Of a stretch of DNA of 64,000 nucleotides, positions 1-12,700 are shown in pieces. The stretch is from positions 135,224,001-135,288,000 of the forward strand of contig NW_024704742.1 of the NCBI RefSeq assembly GCF_018977255.1, in the 5' to 3' direction. The notes under the pieces were generated by a model, which was not told the origin of the DNA, searched no databases, and saw nothing but the letters and a program-made list of their open reading frames with translations. Source of the DNA: Callorhinchus milii. Lineage: Eukaryota. A program made the position numbers and the translations under genes. Positions within the stretch are counted from its first letter, which is position 1; every line of letters starts with the position of its first letter.

Positions 1-785
1 TTCAACCTGCCCCCGCCCTCATTTCACACTGGCCCTCTCCCTTCATCCCCCAAACGTCTGGAAGCATCAACATTACTGCAGGAGCAAGTACAGTGACCGG
101 GCATTTCCTGGCTAAATAGTCATGAGGTGAGGAAGCAATTGTCTTGACTCTACATTAACAAGTCATCCCATCTGGTTGCAAATATAAAGATTTATTTACC
201 CAGGAATTAAAGTTTAAAAAAATCACAAAAGCACTGTCCGAATTTGTGAAAAAGATCCAAAATAGCAAAGCTTCAGGAAAATAATATGTAGCTAGATTTA
301 AATACTAAATACAGTAAATATATTTATAATGTTAATTGTAGTTTGAATAGCATAACCCAAGCTATGGAGCGGGCAGCCTGAAGTCAGATTAAACACTCAA
401 CACATCAAATACATGGGTCAAGGGTCAGGCCACAAGACCATCTCAAGAGGCTGTGCACTAGAATTGCATAATAAGTGCATTTAGTTTCATTCAAGTAACT
501 GAACTGCAATGCATAAATGCTGCACATTGAACAAGACACTGAGCAGAGCAGCTTGGTGGTTTCATTTGTCTACGTCAATTACAATCTGAATTAGGAGGGC
601 TTAGAAAGGTCAATACACAAACAAACCTACAAAAGCTGTTGAAATTGCTCAATGTGAGTGCTAAAGAAAAAATGTCAAAAGAACATTATTCCAATCAGTA
701 ATTCTAAACTCTCCATTGACAATGATATTTAAATAATATTCTTGTGCAGGGTTAGCAACCTTGTACATCGACGTACATTTACATG

Positions 786-1046
786 TAATAATCCTCGTTT
801 TTGATAGCGCGCCTTATCACTTCTTCAAGACATATCAAAGGGCTTCGTAGAATATACTGTAAATTTTGTGGGCAAAACGCAGCAGCCAATTGCGCATAGC
901 AGTGTCCCACATTCAGTTGTGGATTGAGTGAACAATTTTTTTTGTAAGGGAATATTACCCCTGGAAAAGAAATCCACCATTCGACTAATAAGTAGGTTCC
1001 TACTTAACTGCTAGGTAAACGGAGGCATTTGTGTGAAGTATGGAAA
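786..1046 (-). mobile_element. tRNA/Deu-type SINE, long form, headless
   Basis: Reverse complement of the family body (gcagccaattgcgcatagcagtgtcccac) and the long-form insert. Confidence 0.8.
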
Positions 1047-2247
1047 CAACAATGACAATAATATTAAACAGTACTAAATTACAATATTAAGAATATATTC
1101 TTGTACCGGGTTAGCGACCTTGTACAACAACTTACATTTTTTCGCGTTGGGTGGACATCTCAAAGCTCCTTGAACCATAGAAATGTACAGCATAGAAGAA
1201 GGCCATTCAGAAGAAGGCCATTCAGCCCGTCATGTCCATGTTTTCAGAGCAATGCTTTGGTCCATTTACCTACTGGTTTCCCCAAACCTGTGCATTTGAC
1301 TCCTACTTAGGTATTTATCTAGTTCCCTTTCGAAAGCTGATATAGATTCTGCCTCAACCAACTCTCCAGTCAGGGGATTCCATATCCTACCTACAACTAC
1401 TTACTTGAGACGTCTCGAAGACATGATAAAGTGCTATATCAAATGCAAAGATTATTACTGATGCCCTCAAGACACTGACCTCGCACACTTTCACATGAAT
1501 GACTGATACCCCAATTTCGAAAGGAGAACAGAGATTGGGGGGTGGGTGGGGTGGGGGTACGGGGGAGCTGAAACGTACAGGGGCAGGGTTGTTCAAATTA
1601 CTGTCAAAGAGATAAATCTTAAGGTGGAGTTTGGCAGTGAGGATGGAGGGAACAAGGCGGGGGGATTTTGAGATGAAACTCCAGAGAGCAGGGGGCAGAG
1701 TGACTGAAGATAGTCATAGAGTCGCAGGAGGTCACTGAATTAGGGTGCTACAAAGACAGTCGAAAGTGAGGACAAGAATGTTGAGGTTCAAACTGGTGGA
1801 AGATGGGCAACCAGTAGTGCCAAGCAGGGATGTGGGTGATGGGTTTGAATCAGTTCAATAAAACATAATGATAAGAACACTGAAAATGTTTGCCAATAGG
1901 TCTTGACCTGCATTGGGACTTTGCTGTCCTTGCAGTGTGATAAATAATAATAATAGCTCCATATCACATCTTCTAGATGTCTCAAAGCGCTTCACAGAAT
2001 ATACTGAAAAGTGAATGACTAAAATTTTGTCAGCAAAACAACAACAAATTACATTTCTATTGCGCCTTTCACGTCGGGAGGACATCCCAAAGCATTGGAC
2101 AGTCAAGGATGGGCACCCAAGCAGGGTGTTGGGATCAGGAGGGATGAGCATAACCAGAGCGCCCTTCGCCCCGTCTCAGCGTGATCCTTCAGGACAGTGT
2201 CAATGCAGAGTTATCAAATCAACACAACCCACGTGTCTGTAACAGAG

Positions 2248-2574
2248 TAATAATAATAATAATAATCCTTGCATTTGATATAACCCTTTTCACATCAGGA
2301 GGACGTCCCAAAGCGCTTCACAGAACACACTGCAGAGTGAATTGACTGTATATTTGTGGGCGAACGCGGCAGCCAATTGCGCACAGCAATGGCCCACAAA
2401 CAGTCGTAGATTGAAAATGGCCAATTTATTATTGTTTTGTTTTTTGGAGGGATTATTATTAGGCTCTGTGTGGAGTAAGGAAACTTGCCCAAGGTTTCGT
2501 CCTCTGCCTGGAATTGAACTCAGGTCTCTCGCTTGCAAAGCGAGTGCTCTAACCACTGAGCTACAGGACTCCAC
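2248..2574 (-). mobile_element. Full-length young tRNA-Ala-derived SINE, short form
   Basis: tRNA A/B-box head, Deu 3' part, L2-like tail, (ATT)n end. Confidence 0.9.
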
Positions 2575-2671
2575 GTAAGAGCCAGAACAATGGAGGAAAC
2601 TGTGACTTATTCTTAAACTTTGACATTTGTACGAATTATTCACGATCAGAGGTTAACCTGTGTCACAGAGT

Positions 2672-2978
2672 GTTTGATTCCCAGGCAGGGCAAAACATTG
2701 GGCAAGTTTCCTTACTCCACACGTCTCTGTTTACTTAGGAATACGTAGGAAACCAGTTCTTAGTCAATTGGCGGATCGCTTTTCCGGGGAAAATAATTCC
2801 TTAAAGAATTTTCTTTTTTTAAAGAAAAAAACTGTTTGTGGGACACTGCTGTGCTCAATTGGCTTTCGTGTTTCGCCCACAAAATATGCAGTCAATTCAC
2901 TTTCTAGTATATGTTGTGAAGCGCTTGAGGCGTCACGAAGACGTGATGTATTATATCAAATGCAAGGATTATTATTAT
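2672..2978 (+). mobile_element. tRNA/Deu SINE, long form
   Basis: gggcaagtttccttactccacacg...tatcaaatgcaaggattattatt. Confidence 0.8.
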
Positions 2979-3279
2979 TTCCTCCTTGATCTCGCAGCTT
3001 GATAGTTACGTTGGAGCACTCCTGGATCTTTTGGATCTGCAAATGGGGAAGGAATTGAAGCCCCAAAACAAGACTGCAACTCATGTCAAAGCCGACACTC
3101 CAGCAAAGTGTTGAAGGAAGTGCTGTATTTCCTACCCATCACCTCCTCAAAATAGATCCACTATTTCACTACATCAGCAAGAAATACATAAATAATAATC
3201 TTTGCATTTGATAGAGCACCTTTCATGCTCCCAAAGTGCTTCACAGAGTTTAATGTAAAGTGCAATGAATGAATATCGT

Positions 3280-3595
3280 TCAGCAGGCTCTGGCCTGCTC
3301 CACGTCCCCCGCCTTGCTTGCCCCACCATTGGCAGGTGGGTATTCAGCCCCTCTGCCCCACCCTTTGGAACTCCATTCCACAGTCCCTTTGCTTCACCCT
3401 CTCCCTTGCCTGCTTCAAGGCCCACCTCCAGACCTTCCTCTCAGATTGTGCCTTCGGTAACCCTCCTACCCCCACCGTTCATGCTCTCTACTCCTCTTGA
3501 TCTCAACCCGCAGCTTGGCTGCATGGTCTTGACTGTCCTGGCTTTTGGGATGTCCTCCGACATGAAATGGCCTATAGAAATATAATTTGTTGTGG
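3280..3595 (+). mobile_element. L2 LINE 3' fragment
   Basis: Similar to the other L2 ends; tail ttgggatgtcctccgacatgaaatggcc...ttgttg. Confidence 0.75.
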
Positions 3596-4310
3596 TTATA
3601 TTTTGTAGGCAAATGCAACAACCAATATATGTACAGCAATCTCCCCTTACCAGCGAAGCGAATGAACAATTTTATCTGGGGTGATTGCTGACTAGAAACT
3701 GAGAGGAACTCCCTTCTCTTTTCTAAAGAGGACGAAATAGCACAAAACTTACAGTGACTATAAATTCTTTTCTGGGATACACTCACATTCACAGTGTATT
3801 CTGTGAAGAGCTTTGAGATAAGGAGCTATATCAAATGCAAGAATTATAAAAGCTATGACTGAGAAGACAAAGTGGCCAGGATATTTACAGATTTGAACAA
3901 CAACTTGCATTTATATAGCACTCTGCACACAAATAGCACCTTGAAACTCTTAACTTTCATACAAAGCATTGTCCCCACTGATTGGTGAATGGGCATAAAC
4001 TCAGGACCATAAAAGAGTTGGGAAGAGGTTAGAAGAAACTGTTATTTGAACATGGAATGTTTTGTCACGAGTGGCTGGTGAAGTGAAAACCAAAACGTTT
4101 AAGAGGGACCTGGATAATAAGTATTTAAACAGTATGCAGAGTCAAGCCACTTTACAGAATATTTGTGAAGCGCTTTGAGACATCTCAATGACCTGATAAG
4201 ACACTATATCAAATGCAGGGATTATTATTATAATTGCTATTCCCTGGTGCCGGCTCTTTGAAATAACTATCTTCTAGGCCCAATTGCTGTCCTTTCCCCA
4301 TCCTTTTAGA

Positions 4311-4720
4311 TGTCAGCCTGGTTCAGTTGGAGGCATTCTTGCCTCCAAGTCAGATGATTCAAGCCCCAAGTTTGATCTTTGAACGCACACAGTCTAGGTC
4401 AACACTCCAGTGCAATGCTGGGGAGCATTGCATTGTAAGAGGTCTTTCAGAGATGTTGAACTGAGATGCCTCTTCCTATGTGCCTCTTCAGTTGGTCATT
4501 AAGATCCCATGGCACTATTCCAAAAAAGGAGGGACTGCCTCCGGGTTTCCTGACCAACAATCCCCAAAATAAAATTGGTCATTCATACCATGGCTGTTTG
4601 TGGGACATTTCTGTGCCTAACTTGGATGCTGCGTTCACCTACAAATCACTACACATCACAGTAAAATTCTGTGAAGCGCTTTGAGATGGATGCTTCAACA
4701 ACGTGATAAGGTTCTATAGG
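4311..4720 (+). mobile_element. Older full Deu-domain SINE (SacSINE1/AmnSINE-like)
   Basis: tRNA-like head plus aagatcccatggcactatt...tcctgaccaac...ctgtttgtgggac Deu core. Confidence 0.75.
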
Positions 4721-7117
4721 TAGAGCCCCATAAAATTCTTGGTTCTTAATTTTTGGGTTTTATATGACTTTTTCATTTTAAGTTATAATAATAATAATAA
4801 ATGCATTTGATATCGCGCTTTGTCATGTCATTGAGATATCTCAAAGGGCTTCATAGCATGAACTGTGAAGTGAATTGACTGTGTATTTTGTGGGCGAAAC
4901 ACCGTAACCAATTTATTTAATATTTACAAAAAACAATGGGCTCTATCTATAGGAAGTACAAGTTATTATAATTCAAATATATGGCTGCAGTGGAGAAGCT
5001 AGCGAAAGCATAAGCTTGTATCACCTACGCTGAAATTTCTAGCATTCTGTGAAATGTCTTATTTTTAGCACAGTATCACCAGATTAGGGCATTGCAAATA
5101 CTGGATTAAAGACTGATCTGTCCAATTGTAAAATCAAAGCAGAAAACAAACACAGAAGAACATTCATATTACTAGTCAAAAATAATTTGTCTGTACTAAA
5201 AAACGAAAGATTAAACATGTTTTGGTTGGCAAAGGGAAAGAAAAACTAACGTACAATGCTACATAAAGAAGAAAACTTCCGTGATAACTTGACAATGGCA
5301 CATCCTTGGGCACGGAATAGATTGCCAAGATGGTGAAAAGTTGCTATCAACACTCGGGCTACAGCACATACACAGACAACTCTGACACCCACTGGGACAA
5401 GCAGGAAATACTTCAGCTGAAGCACTTGAAAGAACAATTTAAACACATGTTGTACATCGCCCAAGTTTCACCACACTTTTAATGAGCGTGACTGTCTTTC
5501 TGTCAGATAAATGCTGCACACTCTCACCAGGAAATATTAGGTCATGACATCTAACATCAGAAACTCTGAACGAGAGGAAACAAGAGCTATCTCTTTAAAC
5601 AGAACAATATTCAGCCTTTCTCGTCTTTGATTTGTATTGCTCCTATCAAGTCGGGAGGATGTCCCAAAGCGCTAAACAGTCTAGGATTTGAATCCAAGCT
5701 GGGGTTTGGGATCAGAGATCAAAAATGCACCCAAAATTTTTCAAGGAAACAATAATTTGGACGAAAGTATGTAAAAAATGAAAACTACAATGATGTGATT
5801 ACAACACTCGTACTTCCACCCCTTCCAAAAATATATGCTGCCACTCCCTTGTAACACCATCAAACAGATGACCAACTTTGCAATCAACTGGCAAACATAC
5901 CAACTTGCCTTCCAATAGTCCTTCCTCCTTACACAGCACTGCACTGTTTTGCTCCGTAACCAGACAAAAATGAGAGATTTGAAAAAAAAATCACAAGACG
6001 GGATTTTCACTGTACAAAACATCACACTGTCAATCCAATACGCTGCACAATTCAGCATACTAAGACCGTTGTTTAAATGCTTTTTTTTAAATAAAAAAAG
6101 ACAACAGCACTATAGGGATATGAGTCCCTCACAATAGCTGCTTACAGTGTAGGATACCCTCTCCCCCACCCCTTTTCATTGATGGGAAAAGACATTTGTG
6201 GCCACTTGTAATAAATACTGAGTTGCTTATAGACCCAAGATTGCGTTTTAACTGCAGTCGGTGGCTCTTTAGGTAGTGTTTCCAGTAAACCAAATGCATT
6301 ATTAAGTAGTTTTGAGTAACTTCCTGTGAAGGACTGCCCAACTGGTACATACAATACCAAATCAAATACTGTATTTAATGACACTTAAAGGGAACGGATT
6401 AGCTACGTCTCCTCCATCCCCCCAAACAAAGTCTCCCTTAACAAATTGTCTTTGACGACTGAGTGCCTCCATTACGAATGTGTATAAAAAGCCTCCCCCT
6501 GCTGGCTCAGTGGATTTATTCAATGACCCACTGAGCCCATCCGTGGAGCAGAGCAGATACAGAACGGGAAAGGCCGCAGGATTATTAATAATAATAATCC
6601 TTGCATTTGATATAGCGCTTTTCACGTCGGGAGGACGTCCCAAAGCGCTTCAATCCCTTGTCTGCCCATGTTGAGTCAGTGTTAGATTCGCAGGATGCAA
6701 CGTTATGCCCACAAAATACTCAGTCACTCATCTTTATAGTGTATTGTGTGAAACGCCTTGAAACGCCTCAACAACGTGATAAGGCGCCAGTTCAAATGCA
6801 AGGATTATTATTATATATTGTTAAATGGTTATTGTTGACTACAGCTCAATATTGCCCTCTCACAATTCAGTCCCAATGAAGTCAAACAGATCAGACAATC
6901 AAATTGCACCATAGTCCATACTCAGTACATGCTACAGCTATAGATACTGAAGCAATCAAACTTTTAATGTATTGTTACATCTCACTGGAACACTATGTGG
7001 TGAAGTTGGCTCGTATGCAGGACATTACACCATATGAGGTCCACTAACGATTCAAAGAGCACCGATTAGAACTGTAGAAACTCAGGAAACAGAATCACAC
7101 TGAGAAAAGTCACTCAC

Positions 7118-7223
7118 TTGGTAGTCCTTCAGCCACACTTCCAGGTCTTGTCGAAATCTAGAAGCTTTAGCGACTGAGGCTCCTGGGCAATTACAGAATA
7201 CCAATCAAAAGGAGGTGCCTTTC
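7118..7223 (-). ncRNA. Candidate internal exon of a minus-strand non-coding or 5'UTR transcript
   Basis: Minus strand: tgatctttttcttgcag|GAAAGG...TACCAA|gtgagt; strong splice sites; stop codons in all three frames. Confidence 0.35.
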
Positions 7224-7635
7224 CTGCAAGAAAAAGATCAATGCCAATCAATTTCTAGCCAAAAATGATACTCTAACTCTCTGAAACTCCACTCCAGCTT
7301 CGCTAAGTACTGAAATCGCATTACGGTAATACCCGCACCCTGTGTGCTCTGTACAGTAGTCTAAACTGACACTCCAGTGCACCAAAGGAGTTCATGTTGA
7401 TAGAGACGCCAAGCGTACTCTCATCTCTGGAGACTGTGGATTAAAGCCCCACGACTTGGAACTGAGAACTCAAGAGAAATGCTGGTCAAATAATAATAAT
7501 CCTTTGATTTGATACAGCTCCTTTACCGCGCCTTCGAAACGTCTCAAAGGCACTTCACAGAACATACGGTACAGTGAATTGACTGTATATTTCGTGGGCA
7601 ATTGTGCACAGCAGTGTCCCTAATTAATAAATAAG

Positions 7636-7780
7636 TGCGGCCGCGATATTCACAGTGTGATGGCTGTGGAAGTGACAAGTTAAGTCAGGGTCAAGTTGTG
7701 AGTTTACTGTAGGGCTATGGTCTCTTTTAAGCTCCATTTGAACAGGCGGACGTAACCTCAGGTTAACTTCCGGGGGTGGG
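7636..7780 (-). promoter_or_regulatory. Promoter-like CpG segment (ETS CCGGAAGT, YY1-like CAAATGG, CRE-like TTACGTC on the minus strand)
   Basis: gcggccgcg at ~7637, ccatttg at ~7734, gacgtaa at ~7749, acttccgg at ~7766, next to the CpG-rich array; motif inference only. Confidence 0.35.
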
Positions 7781-9770
7781 GGGTGGGGGGGGGGGGGGGA
7801 GTGTGTGGGTTGGCAGTGCTGGGGAACTGGGTGGGGGAGGGGGTGGGGGGGGCGAAGAGTCATTGCCGGGGGTGGTGGGGGGACAGGGAGCTAGGGGGGG
7901 CATTGCTGGGGGTTGGTGGGGGGCAGTGCTGGGGGTTGGTGGAGGGGGGCAGTGCTGGGGGGTGGTGGGAGGGGGGAGCAGTGCCGGGGGGGGGGGCTGG
8001 GGGGGTGGGAGCTCGGGGGCCGGGGAGCTAGGGGGGGGTGCAGTGCTGGCGGTAGATGGGGCTGATGCAATGCTGGGGGTTGGTGGGGCGGGTGCAGCAG
8101 TACTGGGGGGTGGTGGATGGGTCAGTGCCGGGGAAGGTGGGGATCAGTGCTGGGGGGTGGGGGGGGGTCAGTGCCAGTGGGGGGGGGGGGGTCAATGCGA
8201 GTGAGGATGGGGGTCAGTGCCCGTGGAGGGTGGGGGCCAGTGCCGCGGGGGTTGGGGGCCAATGCCGCGGGGTTCGGGGGCCAGTACCGCGGGGTTCGGG
8301 GGCCAGTGCCGCGGGGGTCGGGGGCCAGTGCCGCGAGAGTCGGGGGCCAGTGCCGCGGGGGTCGGGGGCCAGTGCCGCGGCGGGTGGGGGTTAGTGCCGC
8401 GGGGGGTGGGGGTTAATGCCGCGGGGGGTGGGGGTTAGTGTCGCGGGGTGGGGGTCAGTGCTGGGGAGGACAGGGGTCAGAGCCGGAGGGTGGGGGGTCA
8501 GTACCAGTGTGGGGGGGGTCAATGCCAGTTCTGTTGGGGGTAAATGCCGGGGAGGGTGGGGGCCAGTGCAGCGGGGGGGTGGGGGCCAGTGTCGTGGGGG
8601 GGTGGGGGCCAGTGCCGCGGGGGATGGGGGCCAGTGCCGCGGGGGTTGGGGGTCAGTGCCGGAGAAGGTGGGGGTCAGTGCCGGGGGGATGGGGGGGGTC
8701 AGTGCTAGTGTGGGGGGGGGGTCAATGCCAGTGTGGGTGGGGGCCAGTGCAGTGGTGGGTGGGGGCCAGTGCCGCGGGGGTTGGGGACCAGTGCCGCGGG
8801 GGGTGGGGACCAGTGCCGCGGGGGGTGGGAGCCAGTGCCGGGGAAGGTGGGGGTCAGTGCCGGGCGAGTGGGGGGGGTCAGTGCCAGTGTGGGGGGGTCA
8901 ATGTCAGTGTGGGTGGGGGTCAGTGCCGGGGAGGGTGGGGGTCAGTGCTAGTGTGGGGGGGGGGGGGTCAATGCCAGTGTGGGTGGGGGCCAGTGCCGCG
9001 GGGGGTGGGGGCCAGTACCGTGGGGGCTGGAGACCAGTGCAGCGGGGGGTGGGGGCCAGTGCAGCGGGGGGTGGGGGCCAGTGCAGCGGGGGGTGGGGGC
9101 CAGTGTCGCAGGGGTGGGGGCAGTGCGGGGGGGGGGGCAGTGCCGGGGAGGGTGGGGAGGTCAGTGCCCGTGAGGGTGGGGAGGTCAGTGCCGGGGATGG
9201 TGGGGGGGCAGTGCCGGGGAGTGGGGGGTGGGCGTCAGTGCCGGGAGGGGTGGGGGCAGTGCCAGTGTAGGTGGGGGGCAGTGCCAGTGTGGGTGGGGGG
9301 CAGTGCCGGGGAGGGGATGGGGGGCAGTGCCGGGGAAGGTGGGGGCAGTGCTGGGGAAGGGGTGCTGTGGGGGAGGTGCTGTGGGGGGGTTTGTGGGAGG
9401 GGCTATGGGGTTGAGGGGCTGTGGGTGGGGGGTGCTGGTGAGTGTTGGGGGGGCTGTGGGAGGGGGGGTTGCTGTGTGTGAGGGGCTGTGGGTGGGGGGG
9501 ATGGCTGGGGGGCGCTGTGTGGGGGGGATGTGTGTGGGTGTGGGGGCTGTGGAGGAGTGTTGTGTGGGGGGAGGCTGTGGGGGGGGGGGGTTGTGTGGTG
9601 GGGGGCTGTGGGTGGGGTTGTGCGTTGGTGGGGCTGGGTGGGGGGGCAGTGGGTGGGTTGTGTGGTGGGGTGTGCTGTGGGGGGCTGTGTGGGGAGGGGT
9701 GGGGGAGTTGTGTGGGGGGCTGTGGGGGGGGCTGTGCGGGGGGGGTAGTATGTGTAGGGGTGGGGGGAGT
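7772..9770 (+). repeat. G-rich bipartite minisatellite (GGGGGCCAGTGCCGCGGGGGTY-type units, then GnCTGTG units), copy 1
   Basis: ~22-bp units clearest at 8235-8400; switches to G4-9CTGT(GT) units near 9360. Confidence 0.95.
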
Positions 9771-12700
9771 TGAATAGGATGGGGGTTGTGGAGAGGGTGA
9801 TCATAAGCGCGGTCGAAGAGGTATCTTAAGAATAGGAGACATGAAGCAAGCTGGTATTTGCTGAGCGATGGGAGTGATCGGTAGGGTTGCAAAGATTGGA
9901 TGGGGTGAGGCTGTAAAGGGATTTGAATACAAAGGTGGGAATCTTTAAATTGATCCAATGCGGGGAAACGGGGGAGGGGGGTGGGGGCCTTCTTAGTAGG
10001 AGTTTGAGAGTTGTAAGTTTGGAAGATAGTAACATAATGTGGATATTCCTTAGGGAGTGTGTGAGATGGATGTTCAGAATTTGATTTTCTTCCCTCCCCC
10101 CCCATCTCCCACTTTTTGAATCTGAACAAGGTGCATTTAGCTTCTTTACTGGCATCTTGACAATATATTGGAAGAGCATTCTGCAGAATCAAGTCACTAG
10201 ACGTCACTGTAATTGCTGCAAAGTGCCTTGAGATGTTTCAGTGTGATAAGGTACTATAAAATGCAAGCCTTTTCACTTTTAAACTCATGTACTGAACATT
10301 TAATTATAGTGTGAGGATTGAGGCCTGAATAATTACTTTCTGCAGTGCACGCTTCTAGTTGGAAATGCTATCAAACTGAAAAATCCACCAGCATTGCTAT
10401 GCAGTTGGAGCATTGCATTTGCACTTGCCATTACAATAGACTCCCTGGGAACTACTTATAGAGATAAAATGGTCTTAAATGCAGCAGTGTAAAGGGAAGA
10501 GAGGAGTGCTGGGGTGGGTGGGGGCAGTTAAGCTGAGCTATTCTATGAGTGTTCGTACTAATGATATTTGCCCTTGAAAGGAGGAGTTTTCATACCTACT
10601 TTCAATCATTGTTCTAGCAGTTGCATTTTTAACCTACTCTTCTCAAAGCGCATACAAATTAAGTAGAGGGTTAGAGGGCTGGGAGACCAGTTTCGTATAC
10701 TGAGAACTTAACCACCCAGTCTAAACTCCACAATCAATCCTTCACTAAATGCTCTTCGCCACATCCCCAACCCCCTGCACACGTACAGCTATTTGCAACA
10801 GCCTGCGTGTTTCATGCAGGGTGAACATTTCAAAGTTGTTTTGGAGAGATGGGGGGAGCGCTGAGCAGGGAGGAGAATTTTAGGGTGTTCCCTAAAGGTA
10901 GTCAGATATTTAAGATGGTTTTGAAAATGGGGAAAGGATGAGCAATAAAAGGCGATTTAGGTAGAGTCTTGCAGAGAGCATCAACTCAGTTCTTAAAAGT
11001 TTGACCACTGATTATGAAATGGAGTGAGGGAAGTGTGGTAGATCAGTCTGTAGATTTAGCAATGGATTTAAATAGGATGCATGGAAACAGGACCAACTAC
11101 TCTGTGCTTGTGTTTACACTCCACTCACTCCTTACCCACATCCATACTCTTCTATTCTCTTCTCTCCCATGTAGAAATCTAGCTTCCTCTTAAATGCATC
11201 AATTCCATCTGATTTATCCATTGCTTCGGGCAGCGATTTCCACGTTCTTGCCACCCTCTGTAAAGTAGTACCTCCTAAATTCTTTTTAAATTCACCCGTT
11301 GCGAGAAGAGAGTGCACAGCACTTTGATATGTCAAGAATATGTTTGGAGAACTTACCATTGAAGGGAATTCAGAGAAATGCTAATATTACGATTAGACTT
11401 GTGAGATGTCACAGAATTAAGCGTTTTATTAATTTAAGAAAAGATTAAGAGAGAACATGATACAAATCTGTCTTTGAAGTGTGACTAAATTAAAAATGTA
11501 GTGATTTAAGTGCGTGCGTAACTGACTGCAGAACCAGCCAGTGTAATTGTAAAAGTCACAGGCCTCGAGCAAGACCAGATGAGAAGAGTTCTGCGCCATT
11601 GAGTTCTTGTTGTCTCCCTTCCCCCAGCCCTGGGAACATTTTGAAGCCAATGTTATTGCTACTGCTGCTGCCCTAGCTAACTCAACATAAGCTGAGGGTC
11701 GATACAGAGGACCTTTCAGGTCCTAGGAACTCAATAGGATTATCCCCGCGAGAAAAGAAGGGGAGGGTGGTAAGCAGAATTTGTTTCTCGCTCACATACA
11801 TCGTTGTTAGAGTGTGGAATGCCTTGCCACAAATGGCTATTGAAGCATTTTAAAAGGGAATTGGATTGGGAAAAGAAAACTGTATAAAGGTTCTTTTTTT
11901 CAAAACAATACTGTTTGTTTCCTCAGCCGATCCTTTAAGTCACTTCTCTTGTCCCCTATGATCTGGACCACATAGCTTCTCTGTGCTCTGGCTCTTGAGC
12001 AGGTCACAACCAGGTGAATAAATGTCTCACTGAAAGTGCTTCTTCCACTTCTTTCCAAAAATGTATATTGCGGATCGACAGTAACATGCAGGGTAATTGC
12101 TATAATGTGGAGCTGTAGGTTGCTTGCTCTGCAGTATGTGCATGCACAATGTGCGGGAAGTGACACCAGCGGCCATCTGAAAGCCAATATTTTTAAGTCA
12201 TTTTTAAAATTGTTTAATACAGGCCAGTCAACGAGTTGATGTGGAGTCGAGAATGGCTGGTTCCAAACTCGTGTAATTTAATTTGTGAGGAGAGCATGTC
12301 TGCTGTGCTTCCAGAATCGCATGATTTCACAGTAGCCTTGTGCTATGAGTAACATGTTATATGTGGGGCCTACGCTAGTCTGGGATGCTTTAAACTAGAT
12401 TGCCCCGTAAATGCAAGTTTTTATTTCAGTATATGTGACTTACGAACGATTCAACACTAAACACGATTATGCTTCAGAAATTAGCTTTCAGAGATCTCCA
12501 ATCTTTCAGATATCAGTCCGTTCAGATATTTCATGTGTATCTCTAGTGGTCCACAAATAGTTATTTCACCTTACAGTTACTCGTGAAAGACGTACATGTT
12601 ATAGGTGCCACAAAATATATTAAGTACTACAACAGTTTGCATTTTATACAACCTCCTTCATGAGGTGTAGTGTCTTGGAGTGCTTTAACAGTTTGACGCT

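Noticed and set aside
11955..12040. Possible C/D box snoRNA (ATGATC...CTGA)
   Set aside because: The C box does not match RTGATGA and there is no convincing terminal stem.
12253..12276. ATG GCT GGT TCC AAA CTC GTG (MAGSKLV), resembling the WDR7 start or part of TXNL1 exon 1
   Set aside because: Immediate TAA stop and no extension of the similarity.
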